Counted from the first letter of the stretch, positions 10,193-22,954 are shown. The stretch is 44,415 bases of DNA from Octopus sinensis (GCF_006345805.1 NW_021824673.1:1-44415); one strand, 5' to 3'. The notes: a model not told the origin generated them from the letters alone. Made by a program: numbers and translations.

Positions 10193-12390
10193 AAAATTGC
10201 TGATAAAAGAATACTTAAGAAAGCCAACATCGAGGCTATGAAAATCATGGAGAAATATAACCTACAAATGAAGACAGAACCACTTGTTCCTAAGCAACCT
10301 AGGTTTATTTTGAAGGATCACAAACCAAATTTTTTTACTAACCCATCATTAAGGCTTATATGCCCTTCTAGCTCTGACATCGGTATCCTTAGTAAAAATA
10401 TACTAGATAAATATATTCCTAATCTAATCAAAACATTAAAACTTAGTTTCTGGACTAATTCATTTGACGTAGTTGACTGGTTTAGGTCTATTACAGTAAG
10501 GTGAGTACGAAGTTTATCCAGTTTGATATTTCCAATTTTTATTCGTCTATTAATCCAATATACTTAATAAGGCACTTTGGCTGCTCATAACAAAGCTGGT
10601 CTCACCCGAGAAGAAATTAATGTTGTGTTGGCAGCCAGAAGATCTATTATTAAATTTGATGATAAGTTGGGTCCGTAAAGACACACCAGATAGTTTCGAT
10701 ATACCTATGGAAGTTCTGATTCAGCACAGATAGCTGATTGGTCTGTATTATATTCTTTTTGAAATGGCTGAAGAGTTCCCTAACATTTATGGAGGTCTAT
10801 ATCGTGATGATTGTTTACTTTACCTCCAAAATGTTTCTAACCAAAAGGTACAAAAAGTTAAGAACAGTTAGTTAATTTTTCAGTAGAATGGGCTTAAAAA
10901 TCGTTTTTGATGACGATCTGACGAAGGCCAACTTTTTAGATATTACGCTTAATTACACAGTGACTCTTACTTCCATATCATAAAAACCCGTTGACCATCT
11001 TAAGTACATTAGCAAATTTAGTAATCATCCTGGAGCAATTACTAAGAATTTAGTTAAGAATATTTCATTTAGATTATCTAAATTATCTGCTAATGTCGAT
11101 ATTTTCAATAATAACGCTGAATTCTATAGCTCTGCCTTAATCAAAGCAGGTTATACATAAAAAATTTTCTACATGATTCTGCTCAGTCTAATTGTAAATC
11201 AATAATGTAGATAAGATTTCTAGTCGTAAAAGAATTATTGATAACAAACATAACTTACGCCCGATACAAAGCGAATGAATGCAGATAACCCTTATTTATT
11301 ATTCCCCTATTATACGATCTAAAAGTAAATATAACACCTTCAAAAGTAATTACGCTATGAATACTAGTAAAAATTTGGTTAATAATTCCTTACGGGAGAC
11401 AAATTAAATCTAATCTCCCACTGCTGTTTCGTCAAGCTATTGCTAGGAATTTTCCAAATAATTCTAGATATTACTCTATAATTAATTCACATAAGGTTAG
11501 GATAGGTTTTTCAAACACAAAAAAACTCAAATTTATCATCTTCTCAAAACAAACTGTTAAATATTAATACATTTACTAATACTAACATTAATTTAGCTAC
11601 TACCATCCAACCCTCTAGAAATTTAATAATAACAAGGTTATTGTATCTGAAGTCAATCCATAGAATTAAATTTATGTCAAGTAACTCTAAGATTAAAATT
11701 CTATATACCAGTGTATAATAGTACTCGTAATAAAGTACGATTTTACATTGGAAGCACATCGTAGAGTTATCTAAGAGAATTTCTATCCATACTCAACATT
11801 TAGGGATAGAAATAAACGGAATAGTACCGGTCTCAGCAACTGATTTGGAATTTAAAAGACCACAATGAACAATTTCATTTGGAATGGTTGATCCTCTCAA
11901 TTTCGATACCATATGAAAAGGCAAGAAATTCTGTCTTCTCTGCAATTCTGAGCTATTTTTCATTATTTTTTCTAAAAATACTCTAGTAAACACGGTTATA
12001 GAACGAGCATACAGATGTAAGCATTAGCAAAAACATACTTTTAGTGCATATAAGTAGTCTCTATCATTATATATAGTTTAGACTTTAATTTCCTTATATT
12101 TAACATTCACTATTATATCCCTACTCTACTCTTTCTGTTAGCTACTTATGACGTTATATCATATAACGTTTTTTTAAACAATATTAATAGCGTTCTGTCT
12201 ATCGCTATACGAATCCATCATTTTTTGCTAAAATGTCGTATTGACAAGTTTCGTCGTTTTTTCACTTTCCCGAGAAGATTGCATTGTTTATACCTTTTAT
12301 TCTTTTGAATAAGTATCAGTGGAATTTTTGAAACATATGTAGAAAGAAAAAATACTTGTTAAAACCTGCGTTGACTCCATATTTTATTCC
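10193..12390 (+). mobile_element. Penelope-like retroelement, 5'-truncated and frameshifted (RT plus GIY-YIG)
   Basis: FILKDHKPNFFTNPSLRLICPSSSDIGILSKNILD..WTNSFDVVDWF; FDIPM.SSDSAQIAD; GGLYRDDCLL (YRDD at 10800-10811); ANFLDITL; SNHPGAI; RFYIGSTS (11738-11761); RNSTGLS; FCLLCNSE; RCKH. The 3' boundary is approximate. Confidence 0.9.
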
Positions 12391-12414
12391 TATATTTATA
12401 TATTATATATATAA

Positions 12415-12445
<31 letters not shown>

Positions 12446-12529
12446 TGTATATAATATATATTTATATACATATATGCATTCATAGACACACATACACACA
12501 CACACACATCTAAACTATCTAACATCTAA

Positions 12530-12773
12530 ACCGGGGAGCTCTGCCGATTCAAGACAAGCTCTACAGATACGAAAGTGTTGTCGGAAGGATATGTCAGGAT
12601 GTGCGCTGGGCGAGGAAATAGTCCTGCATGCACTCGTCCGTCCAGTTTACGAGCCGAGTTCATTGTAAAGATCGCCCCGCCACCTTCTTTTGGCCGGAAA
12701 GGAAAAGCAGTTTCTTCTCCCCGGCGGCTAAAGAAGTAGAGTGGTGGACGAGACTGAAAACATTGAAGACTAA
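12530..12773 (+). mobile_element. LINE lineage B, short 3' fragment
   Basis: Matches 43705-43948 (ccggggagctctgccgattcaagacaagctctacagatacg). Confidence 0.8.
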
Positions 12774-13323
12774 ACCTCCTTCACAGTAAAATTACGTCAT
12801 ATAATATTAACATTTAATATTATCATTAATATTCAATTCAGTTATATATTAAAGAAAACACTTTGGCATGGTTTATGTATCTCAGTGCATCACACACAAA
12901 CACACACACAAACACACACACACCCACACACACAACACACACACACACACCAGGACGTATACACTGAAGACCCTTCACACCACAAATCCTCGCCTGTCAT
13001 CCTTCTTTCGTATAAAATATTGCTACTTTGATAAAGAAAATTCTTTTCCCATAACTTTAAAGCTGCTAAAACCTTTAATTCCTCTTCAGAATTGTTATAA
13101 TTTCTCTATCATATACTTATTTCACCAAAAATTTTTCTGAAACGAACTATTGTTAAATGAATTTGTATCGTTTGCTTCCATGTCAATCATTATATATACC
13201 ATTTAAATTATTATCGTTATTGATAACTTGATTTTCTGAAGTGACACTAAAGTTAAATGAATATATCGTCTGCTCAGAGGAAATATTTGGCTGCTATTTC
13301 TAGCACATCAAGCTTAAGCTTTA

Positions 13324-13386
13324 CATATAATGAGAAATAAAGACGTCAATCTATATCTACACACACACACGCACACACAAACACGC

Positions 13387-13436
<50 letters not shown>

Positions 13437-13772
13437 GCATAATTGTGTGCGGTGTGTTCCTATACTTCATGAATGGTAAATAAACAAATGACGCAAAAGA
13501 TATATTAGCGTAGGAGTTTTATATTTTTATATATGTGCGTGTATGTATGTGTGTTTGCATTTATGTATGTAAGAGGTTGTATATATATAATACATATATG
13601 CAATTCATAGACCACATACACACATCACACACACATATAAAGTTATTTGGAATGTGTTCACTTTGTCGACTGTCAGGTTGACTTTTGTTTCATATTACAG
13701 CTTGTTACGTCATTTGTTTATTTGCCATACATTTTTCATTGAAGTAGCGGAACACAACGCACACAATTATGC

Positions 13773-13823
<51 letters not shown>

Positions 13824-13851
13824 GATTGGCGTCTTTGTTTCTCATTATATG
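13324..13851. repeat. Imperfect inverted repeat (arms 13324-13493 and 13708-13851)
   Basis: catataatgagaaataaagacg..aaataaacaaatgacg recurs as cgtcatttgtttattt..cgtctttgtttctcattatatg. Confidence 0.8.
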
Positions 13852-14165
13852 AAAGCGATATGAAAGTTTGCGTCAGCAGTCAAAGATTGGTGTGCTAGTG
13901 GAAGAGTGTAAATGAGAGAGGGGAAAGAAAGTGATAGAAAGAGAGAGGGGAGAGAAAGACAGGAAGAGGGTTTTGTGTGTGTGTGTGTGTGTGTATGCGT
14001 AAATGTATGAGACTGTTTGCATATTTTATATATGTGCTGCATTGTGTTTCTATGTAGATTGCGTCTTTTGTGCCATTTCATGGAAGCCATCAGCAAGCAA
14101 TCATTTTTTATCATGGTTGAAAGTTTTTGTAAATTTCTTCTAATATTTCAGATTTCAGTGATACG

Positions 14166-14203
<38 letters not shown>

Positions 14204-14585
14204 GTGCATAAATGTATGATATGTATATATACATATATATATATATGTATATAGATATATTCATATACATGAAATATACGTATATATAATCTGATAATTG
14301 TGTGTGCGTGTTTATATATATATATATACATACATATACACACACACAGATATCACATTTGTAAATAGTACTTAGATTATTTCAGATTTCAGGGATGCGG
14401 CACACCACACACACATAAATGTGCATGAATGTATAATAATATATATATATGTATATATCAGGGCGTGCACTATCAGGTATGCAAGGTATGCGTTGCATGC
14501 CCTGTGATTTTTTTATCCATATGATCGGAAAATTAGACAAAATAGTTACTTTTTTCAAAGAAATTCGTCCAGTTGTATTTTTCTC

Positions 14586-14970
14586 CCCTTCTCTCTCAGT
14601 GCACTCTACTTCTGCTTTTAGAAGTCATGCATTGAACAAGACCAGCATTTAGACATCCCTCTCTGTCTCAGTTTGTCCTTCCTTCCTCTCTCTCTCACTC
14701 TTAGCGACTTGTTTAAAAGACATGCTAAGGGGATAGGGCATTTGAAATATTTTTACCCCCTTCCTCTTCCTTAGTGGCTATGCTGTGAGAAGACCCGCAT
14801 GACCTCCCTCTCTCTGTCTCTTAGTTTGTCCCTCCTTCCTCTCTATCTCTCTTAGTAAATTGATAACCAATGCTAGGAGGAAAGGTGGTTCATAATATCT
14901 TGTACCCCTTCCTCTTTCTCTCAGTGGCATGTCATGCTATGAGCTGACCGCATGATACCCACTTTCTGTA
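14586..14970 (+). repeat. Degenerate ~150 bp tandem repeat inside the hAT left arm
   Basis: About 2.5 copies of cccttcctct..ctcagtggc..catgct.tgag..gacc.gcat..ccctctctgtctc..agtttgtcc.tccttcctctct. Confidence 0.6.
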
Positions 14971-15498
14971 TCTTTTTGTTTTGTTGAAATTTGACTTACA
15001 ATTTACGCCGGCGCTTCCACTGTGTTCGTATATAAGAAACAGCCTTTACGAAATGAGTGAAATGTGTGTTTATAATGATATTTGAGAATAGTTTTTTCGA
15101 AAGGAGAATTCGATGGAAAATAATTAATTACATCGGTGGAGACCAACACCGAAAAGGGCTAATGCATTAGATAACATTGTTAAAAAAAAAGTTTTCCGAA
15201 GGCAACAGCCTCACGGCTTATTATTACCAACAAGGAAAATTATCATTTCATAATCAGCCTTTTTGAGCACACATTGAACACCTGAGCATGGGATGATACC
15301 ACCATAAATTCAGCAATTGGATCCTTACAAACTTTAAAAGCTCCCTGATTTCTTATTTTTGTTAGAAGTATTCAGTAAGATTTTTTTCTTTTTTCATATT
15401 TAACATCCTCCAGAGTAAAAGTCATGACATAGTGTATTGTAAAGATCAAATAGATAAAACTAGAACTGTACTCGAAAACAACTTGATAATTTTTCAAT

Positions 15499-15820
15499 CT
15501 CTTTTACTTGTTTCAGTCATTTGACTGCGGCCGGCCATGCTCGAGCACACGCCTTTAATCGAGCAACTCGACCCCGGACTTATTCTATCGGTCTATTTTT
15601 GCCGAACCGCTAAGTAACGGGGACATAAACACACCAGCATCGGTTGCCAAGCAATGCTAGGGGACAACAACACAGACGCACAAACACACACGCATATATA
15701 TACATATATACCACGGGCTTCTTTCAGTTTCCGTTTACCAAATCCCTCACAGGGCTTTGGTCGGCCCGACACTATAGTTAAGACCTTGCCCAAGGTGCCA
15801 CGCAGTGGAACTGAAACCGG
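15499..15820 (-). mobile_element. tRNA-derived SINE (family 2), head truncated, nested in the hAT element
   Basis: cttttacttgtttcagtcatttgactgcggcc..gccgaaccgctaag..cccaaggtgccacgcagtgg. Confidence 0.85.
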
Positions 15821-16035
15821 GGGGGGGGATATGAGTCGATGCAGGAATCGGAATTCAGAGATCCAAGAATATATCTTTTGAGCCCCAACGACATTATAAA
15901 TGCTTTATAACAAAATTATCAGTACAATAGTTGACCAAATAAAAGCACGATATTCATCCTTAGAAGAGTTTAAATTCATGGAACTTTCGATTTCAACAAA
16001 ATTTGATGAGTATTGCAAACAATTTAAAAATCATG

Positions 16036-16273
16036 GGTACTATTTAAGAAGAGTGGTCCCGGTGCGCGCACCCGAGCATCCACGCCAGCTAGTCGTGACT
16101 AGTCGATCCTTACTTTGTGTTTTATTTACTTTGTTTAAAACATTATTTACTTTGTGTTTTTGTGTTTTATATATTTTGTTTTAAAATTTTATTTAGTTTG
16201 CTAGATAGTCGTAGGATCGACTAGTCACGACTAGCGAGCGCGCGCAAAGGGACCACTCTTCTTAAATAGTACC
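16036..16273. mobile_element. 238-bp MITE/foldback with a perfect 25-bp TIR and a perfect inner 23-bp inverted repeat
   Basis: ggtactatttaagaagagtggtccc (16036-16060) pairs with gggaccactcttcttaaatagtacc (16249-16273). gctagtcgtgactagtcgatcct (16088-16110) pairs with aggatcgactagtcacgactagc (16213-16235). Confidence 0.9.
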
Positions 16274-16440
16274 AGGGAGACTTTTTTTTTATTCTAGGTC
16301 ATACGGGGTTGATTGCATATTCAGAATCTCCCATATGTAAATCGTAGGAATTCCAAATTTTTTTTCCTGAAAAATTGCCCGGTAGGGGGTGGGGCAAAGA
16401 AATTCATTGCATGTCCAGTCCCGGAAGTCACCGCACGCCA

Positions 16441-16478
<38 letters not shown>

Positions 16479-16918
16479 AAAAGATATAAATATAAATATA
16501 TATATATATATATGTATATTTAGATATATACATATACATGAATATATACGTATATATTATTCTGATAACAGTGTGTGCGTGTTTATATATATATATATAT
16601 ATATATATACATACATATATATACACACACATACAGAGATATCACAATTTGTAAAATTGTACTTAGATTATTTCAAGTTAATTTTAGTTACGCGGATGCA
16701 AACAGTCTCATACAGTTACGCATACACACACACACACACACAAAACCCTCTTCCTCTTCTTTCTCCTACCCTCTCTCTTTCTATCACTTTCTTTCCTCTC
16801 TCTCATTTACACTTTTCCACTTGCACCGCCCATCTTTGACTGCTGACGCAAACTTTTCATATCGCTTTTATATAATCAGAAAAAAAGACGCCAATCTATA
16901 TCTATACACACACACAAA

Positions 16919-16950
<32 letters not shown>

Positions 16951-17334
16951 GCATAATTGTGTGCGTTGTGTTCCGCTACTTCAATGAAAAAATGTATGGT
17001 AAATAAACAAATGACGCAACATATATATATATATATATATGTATGCGCAAATTTATATATAAACATTCACTAACTCTTACGATCAGAGGTGAAACCAATT
17101 CTTTGGTAAGTTACGATTTTCATTATATTATATCGGCAATCTATTGGCCATCGTCAAGCCTCCTCAACGGCATTTAGGATGGTAGCCTAATTTTGGGCAA
17201 ATATTAAGGTTTTATCCAAAAGTTTTTGTGATATTGACGGGTAATCATTTGATACAGTTTTATAATTTAGAGTTGAGGAATTATGTATGATATTTGAATT
17301 GGACGGGTAGATGTCTACACATTATTGTTAATAG

Positions 17335-17380
17335 GACATCTGAAGAAGGCTGGAGAATTCCTCAGCCGAAACGTTGTAGT
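17335..17380 (+). ncRNA. Minimal hammerhead-like motif (PLE-type), stem I degenerate
   Basis: CTGAAGA-A-GGCTG..CAGCC-GAAA-CG-TT. The core and stem II are intact, but stem I gives only about 2 pairs before a mismatch. Confidence 0.45.
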
Positions 17381-17427
17381 ATCAACTAACAAGATGAGGA
17401 CACCTGTCCGTCGATTGTAATTATTCT

Positions 17428-17632
17428 TATCTACTCTAGTCACCAAAGCCAAAATTTTGGGGTAGGGCCCAATTGATTAGATCGAACCCCACTAGGCAAC
17501 GGGTACTTAATGTTTCAAACCCCAAAGGATGAAAGGTAAAGTCGAAATCGGCGAAATTTTGAGCTCATAACGTAAAAACAGAACGTTAAGCATTTTGCCC
17601 TGCGTGCAAACGTTTCTGCCTACTCGGCGCCT
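17428..17632 (-). mobile_element. tRNA-derived SINE related to family 1, decayed
   Basis: aaaggatgaaaggtaaagtcga..cggcgaaattt.gagctc..aagcattttgccc..aacgtttctgcc matches the family 1 head in reverse. Confidence 0.7.
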
Positions 17633-17829
17633 TGTCCATTGTAAATATTGCAATAATTTGACATGTCAAACTGAAGGAAATTCGTGTCGTTATGGTGGAA
17701 AGAGGGAAACCAAAATAACGTCTCATGTGCAATTCCATAGCGGGAGCTCAACGTTATTCCTGACACGGTGTATAATACGGTCAATAATGCATTAACTAAC
17801 TCGACTCACCCAAATCGGATTTTCTGAGG

Positions 17830-18460
17830 CAAATGAGTCGGACGGAAAGCCTAGAATAGAACTTATAACCTCCCTCTCAACCCTTATCTGATATCGAACC
17901 GCTTAAGTCCATCCTTTTTTCACTAATTTAACTGGACATAAACTAATCCACATTTACCACTCTCCCCTTTAATACCATCAGTGGTCTTATGATCTTGAAA
18001 TCTATTTTCTCCATCCTGCACTATTCTCTGTCTAAACATCCCTAACTCCCCTTCGTATTAAATATAGCCCTCTATAAATCAATCAGTCTTTAACCAATAT
18101 CATGACAACATTTTAAATGCAAAACCTTTAATATAAACTTCTTCCCCCGGAGAGGTGATGTTATCCAACAATGGTCCCTGATATCTGTCATATATCAGGA
18201 CCACAAAGATCCCTGAAACGGCCGTAGAACATTTAAAACTCTACCTATAGTATTGTGATACTGTTTTATCTGAAAATTGGACTATTTCTTCTTAATATCC
18301 ACACCCGTTTACCTCTTTAATTTCCATTCAATGTTCTTCATATGTAAATGTAGATAATATCTAGCTTGCTTGTCGCTTCTTTACGTATCTAAAGTCTCAA
18401 GTTCTAATCTCTTCAGCACTTCGAAGTGTTTCTATATACAGTGAACGCCTGTATCTAAGT
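17830..18460 (-). mobile_element. Highly decayed CR1/jockey-like LINE remnant
   Basis: Minus-strand fragments LKRLELETLD..LDII and RELGMFRQ resemble the L..L.L.SLE.RR..DLI..YK motif; many stops. Confidence 0.35.
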
Positions 18461-18536
18461 AGAAAATAAAATATATATATGAATATGAATATATATACAT
18501 ATAAACACATATACATACGCACTCTATTATATATAT

Positions 18537-18587
<51 letters not shown>

Positions 18588-18592
18588 TTATT

Positions 18593-18938
18593 TATATTAA
18601 GGCATTACTATATAGAAATGCCTCGCGCTAAGAGGGATTCTTGAAGTCAACACTACTATAATAACCACATTTTATCATACGCAAGGATACAAGAGATCGT
18701 CTGGTACGTTGATTTTTGTTAAATTTTATGTCTTGACAAAGGCTGCGCTGATGAGTGAAAAGTGGATTTTGTGCACTAATTACGGAATCATATGATGTTC
18801 AGCTATGTCTGTTTCTGGAGGCTCGCTTTGAGAGTTGCATTCCCACGCGTTTTGTACAATGTGGGCATTATAGTAGTTTTGATTTCAAGTGACCCTCCTA
18901 GCGTGAGACATTTATGTATAAGTAATGCCCTTAATATA
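18593..18938. mobile_element. MITE with ~70-95 bp imperfect terminal inverted repeats
   Basis: Left end tatattaaggcattact..aaatgcctcgcgctaagaggg..cttgaagtcaacactactataat (18593-18662) is the reverse complement of attatagtag..ttcaagtgaccctcctagcgtgagacattt..agtaatgcccttaatata (18867-18938). Both ends sit in TA context. Confidence 0.8.
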
Positions 18939-19750
18939 TATAAATATATTCATAGGGAATAATTAATAAGTTATCCCTTCTGAGGTTTTTCACAATAACT
19001 ACTTGATAAATCCTCGTAAAAATTTTATCCTATATTTCAATTATATATATTTATTAGTAGCCCCAAACTTACTTTGTTATATATACACACACACACACTT
19101 ATGTATATATATATATTTTACATATATGTATATATCTATGTATATGTGAGCGTGTGTATGTATATGTGTATGTGTTTCAGTTTATCCACTATGACCGCTT
19201 GGGAACAGGTTCCGTTTTTTTACGTCCCATTAATTTGGCCGATCGGTATCTTGTTAAATTCCTTACAACCACTTGAAACTTTTCACATTTTTACCACATC
19301 ATTTTCAAAGCATTTACGTCTGATGCAGAATTGCCTGCCGCTGACGATAATTGCATTCATGTTTTTCTTTTTTCTGGTAAGTAATAATAAAAAATCAAAA
19401 GTATAAAGTTGCGTAACTGTAGGCAAATCAGCGGAAGGGATCGCGAGAATACGCAGCAGGCTTAACAACAAATACTGGGGCCGATTTGTGCGACTAAAAC
19501 ACTTTAAGGCAGTGCCCCAGCATAGGCGCAGCCCAATGGATGACAAACGTAAGGAATTGTTTAAAGCTATGGTTTAAATTCTACGCCATAAATTAGAATT
19601 GTCGGATCTCATCGAAGACAGCGAACGGGAATTGAAGCTCTATGGTTTGTGTTCCTGAAATTTTAAAGGATGCAACAATAGAAAATGATCTATCTATCTA
19701 TCGATCAATCAATCGATCTTCTATCTATATCTCTATCTATCTATCTATCA

Positions 19751-19782
<32 letters not shown>

Positions 19783-19825
19783 ATCTATCTATCTATCTAT
19801 CTATCTACATATCTATTTATCTATC

Positions 19826-21297
19826 TGGAACGAGATAACGAGTAGGGTGGTCACTCTCGCCCAGCAATGGCCGAGAGGAAAGTGTCCCTAAAAGGTCGGG
19901 CGGAGGTGGCGAACGCCTACTCGCGTCCATCATCTACTATCGCCTGACCGTCGTACCTTGTCCCGACCCTACCATCACCAAACTAGAACGCATCCTCTTC
20001 CGCTTCTTGTGGAAAGGATGCGTCCCGATGGTCAGGCGATCCATTTGCTGCCAACACCCGTTAAAGAAGGTCTGGGCAAGCCGTGGTTGATGATCGCAGA
20101 CACGCGCTGAGACTGCGACATCTCCGGCTCTATGTTCACGACGGTGAGCAGGTGTGGTCGCCGTTTGTGAGGCACGCATTCCCGCAACTCGTCTCCATGA
20201 CCGAACAACGTCGTGGATCAAAAAGAGGCCGAGGAAGGGCGAATGGCCACCGCGAGTGTCGCGTTGCTCTCAAGCAACTCTGCCGTCCCAAGGTCGACCT
20301 TGATGACTTCAACACAACCAAAGAATTCTATAGGGGATTAGTGGAGGGGAGGTACGACGACGATCTCGTGGCAAACCTTTGGCGTCGACGAGGAATACCT
20401 GACCCGCCAGTTTCTAACGACTTTCGGCCCGGGACCTATGGACAACTTCTAGAGATCCTGGCCTAGGGTGCTACCGAGAAGCGCTACCCGTTCGTTATAT
20501 GCTCTATAGGCATGGCTCGAGAAACACGGGCCGACCTGCCCGAGATGCGGCAGAGCGACGAAACCGCTCTGCACGCAATCGTTCAGTGTCCAGCAATTTC
20601 CGACCTGTGGGCTTATGTCGAACGACTGCTGTCACGTGTGGGACGTGTCGGTTTATCACCGAGTCTATCTATCGTTAAATATCGTCACGCCTCCTTCCTT
20701 CAAACGGGAAGGAAGAGCTATTTTTTCTTACTTGTGGCTATGGCGAAAGAATGTATCTGGTGGACGCGCCCGAAAGGATTTGAGACAAACACTTTCCCCT
20801 CTGTCAATCTCTCATCAACTTCTTCAAGTATCACATGAAGAGGAAAGTGAGAGTAGAGAGGCAATTTTGTCTAGCGAATGTTTTTAAAAAAAGATGGGTG
20901 AATGTAGCAAGGATGGCACGTATGATTGACGAAGCCACCTTGACTATGATTCTATGAACCGTAAAAATTAATACAGAGAGTTGCTTATTTGCAAAAAAAA
21001 AATAAAAGAAAGAAATATAACATGTGACTTCATTGACCGAGGTTACCGTGGTCTTTTCCGTAGGCTTTTCTTTACACTTCATATTGACATTTCTGTGATT
21101 ACGATCCCAATTGATCAACTTTTTTTCCTCTCCCCTTTACTTTTATTTTTTAAATCCTCCCCTTTTTTATCCTCTTTCTTTCCTTTTACGATCCCTTTTG
21201 ATCGACACCCAATCCCCTTTTTTTACCCCCAAAAGAAAAGCTCTACCTTGTAATTTGTTCTATCTGTGTGAAGCTCTGTGTGGCTAATAAAGAAACA
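19826..21297 (+). mobile_element. LINE lineage C, second copy
   Basis: Same 5' and 3' junctions as 6561-8056; several 1-bp indels. Confidence 0.9.
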
Positions 21298-21429
21298 TAT
21301 CTATCTATCTATCTATCTATGTCCATCTATCTCTATCTATCCATCTATCTATCTATCTATGTATCTATTTATCTATCTATCTATCAATCTATCTATCTAT
21401 CTATCTATCTATCTAGGTCTATATATCTA

Positions 21430-21461
<32 letters not shown>

Positions 21462-21499
21462 ACTGTCTATCTATGACTATCTATCTATCTTTCCATCAT

Positions 21500-21540
<41 letters not shown>

Positions 21541-22549
21541 TTATCAATCTATCTATCTATCTATCAATCTATCTATCAAACTATCATGTGTCTGTCTAGC
21601 TATCTCTCTATCAATCATTGTCTGTATCTTTATCTTTCTATCTCTCTATCTATTACGTCTCTCCATATATCGATATACATATATATATACATACACACAT
21701 ATATACATTCATTTACATTTACTTATTTTCACACACACAAACACGCACGCAGACACACACTTTCACACACACATATACATAATATAAAGGGAGAGGAAAA
21801 TCAAATCATGGGACGCAACTTACAAGCATTGTACAACAATCCAGGCTCTGGTAAACCACATCGAATGGTCCGGCAAAACGGGAAAATCTTTATGGTAAAC
21901 AATCATTGTCTTTCACTTAGTTCCAAAATTCCGAGTTCAGTATTTCGGGTTTTATCCTGTGTAAAAGACATTAAAATAAGAATTAAATGTTACACATGAA
22001 GTAACTTACTTTTTAGCATATTTTATATACAATGCAATTTAGTTATTTTAAACCTGTGAACGACACGCCTTTCTGCTGCATGTATATATAAGCATTAGCA
22101 TCAGTTACATCCTGCTGGTTGAAACTGTACCACCAAATGCAGTAATTATAACTTTAGACTCAGATACTGATACCGGTGGAATGTAAAATATTAATATTAT
22201 CATTTGATATTATCATTAATATTCACTTCAGTTTTATATTAAAGAAACTTATAGGCATGGTTATGTATCTCATTGCATCACACACAAACACACAGACACC
22301 ACAACACACACACACACACGACACAACCACACAGATACTGGAAGACAATTAGTTTTCTTTTCAATTTCCTTTTTTATCTTTCACTTTTTGCAGAAGGCAT
22401 CAAGAATACTGGAGACTTTCTCAGATACAAATACGTTAAACAGTTTAGAGCCCCTGCATGTTTTTCCTCTCCCTCTTCCCCTCACTCCTATGAAAATAGG
22501 ACATCAAACTATTGAATGTTTGGGTACAGATGAGCTATCTCTCTCTCTC

Positions 22550-22954
22550 TTTTACTCTTTTACTTGTTTCAGTGATTTGAATGTGGCCGTCCTGGAGCAC
22601 CGCATTTTGTCGGGTAAATCGACCCAAGGACTTATTCATGTAAGCCTAGTACTTCTTCTATCGGTCTCTTTTGCCGAACCGCTAACTTACAGGGACATAA
22701 ACACACCAGCATCGGGTGTCAAGCGATGGTGGGGGGGACAAACACTGACACACAAACACACACATAGAAATATATGTATATGCATATATACAACGAGGTT
22801 CTTTCAGTTTCCGTCTACTAAATTCACTCACAAGTCTTTAGTCGGCCCGAGGCTATAGTAGAAGACGCTCGCCCAAAGTGCCACGCATTGGGATTGAACC
22901 CGGAAAAAATGGTGGTGTAAGCAAGCTACTTACCACACAGCCACTCCCGTGCCT
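22550..22954 (-). mobile_element. tRNA-derived SINE (family 2), full length
   Basis: Minus strand starts aggcacgggagtggctgtgtggtaagtagcttgc (A-box-like) with gggttcaatccc (B box). Confidence 0.88.

Larger units (their letters stand above)
14459..16443 (+). mobile_element. hAT-superfamily deletion derivative with nested insertions
   Basis: Termini CAGGGCGTGC and (reverse complement) CAGTGGCGTGC. Flanks gtatatat and atatatat fit an 8-bp TSD. Transposase-like remnants: RPTP; WDDTTINSAIGSLQTLK; DFLFLLEVFSKIF; FNILQSKSHDIVYCKDQIDKT; LYNKIISTIVDQIKARYSSLEEFKFMEL. Confidence 0.7.

Noticed and set aside
9998-10504. 168-aa ORF as a standalone gene
   Set aside because: The N-terminal part is simple repeat; the rest is the start of the frameshifted Penelope RT.
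12243-12282. Minus-strand GAC-GAAA-C-TT-GTC near the Penelope 3' end, a possible hammerhead
   Set aside because: The 5' core reads CTCGGGA rather than CTGANGA, and stems I and II do not pair convincingly.
18745-18790. CTGATGAG in the MITE (also about 5526 and 30798)
   Set aside because: No stem II followed by GAAA.
22388-22858. 156-158 aa ORF seen twice (also 34391-34867)
   Set aside because: It runs antisense through a SINE, and the recurrence is explained by recent duplication.
22860-22954. tRNA-like A and B boxes
   Set aside because: These are SINE heads attached to SINE bodies; no cloverleaf gene is supported.
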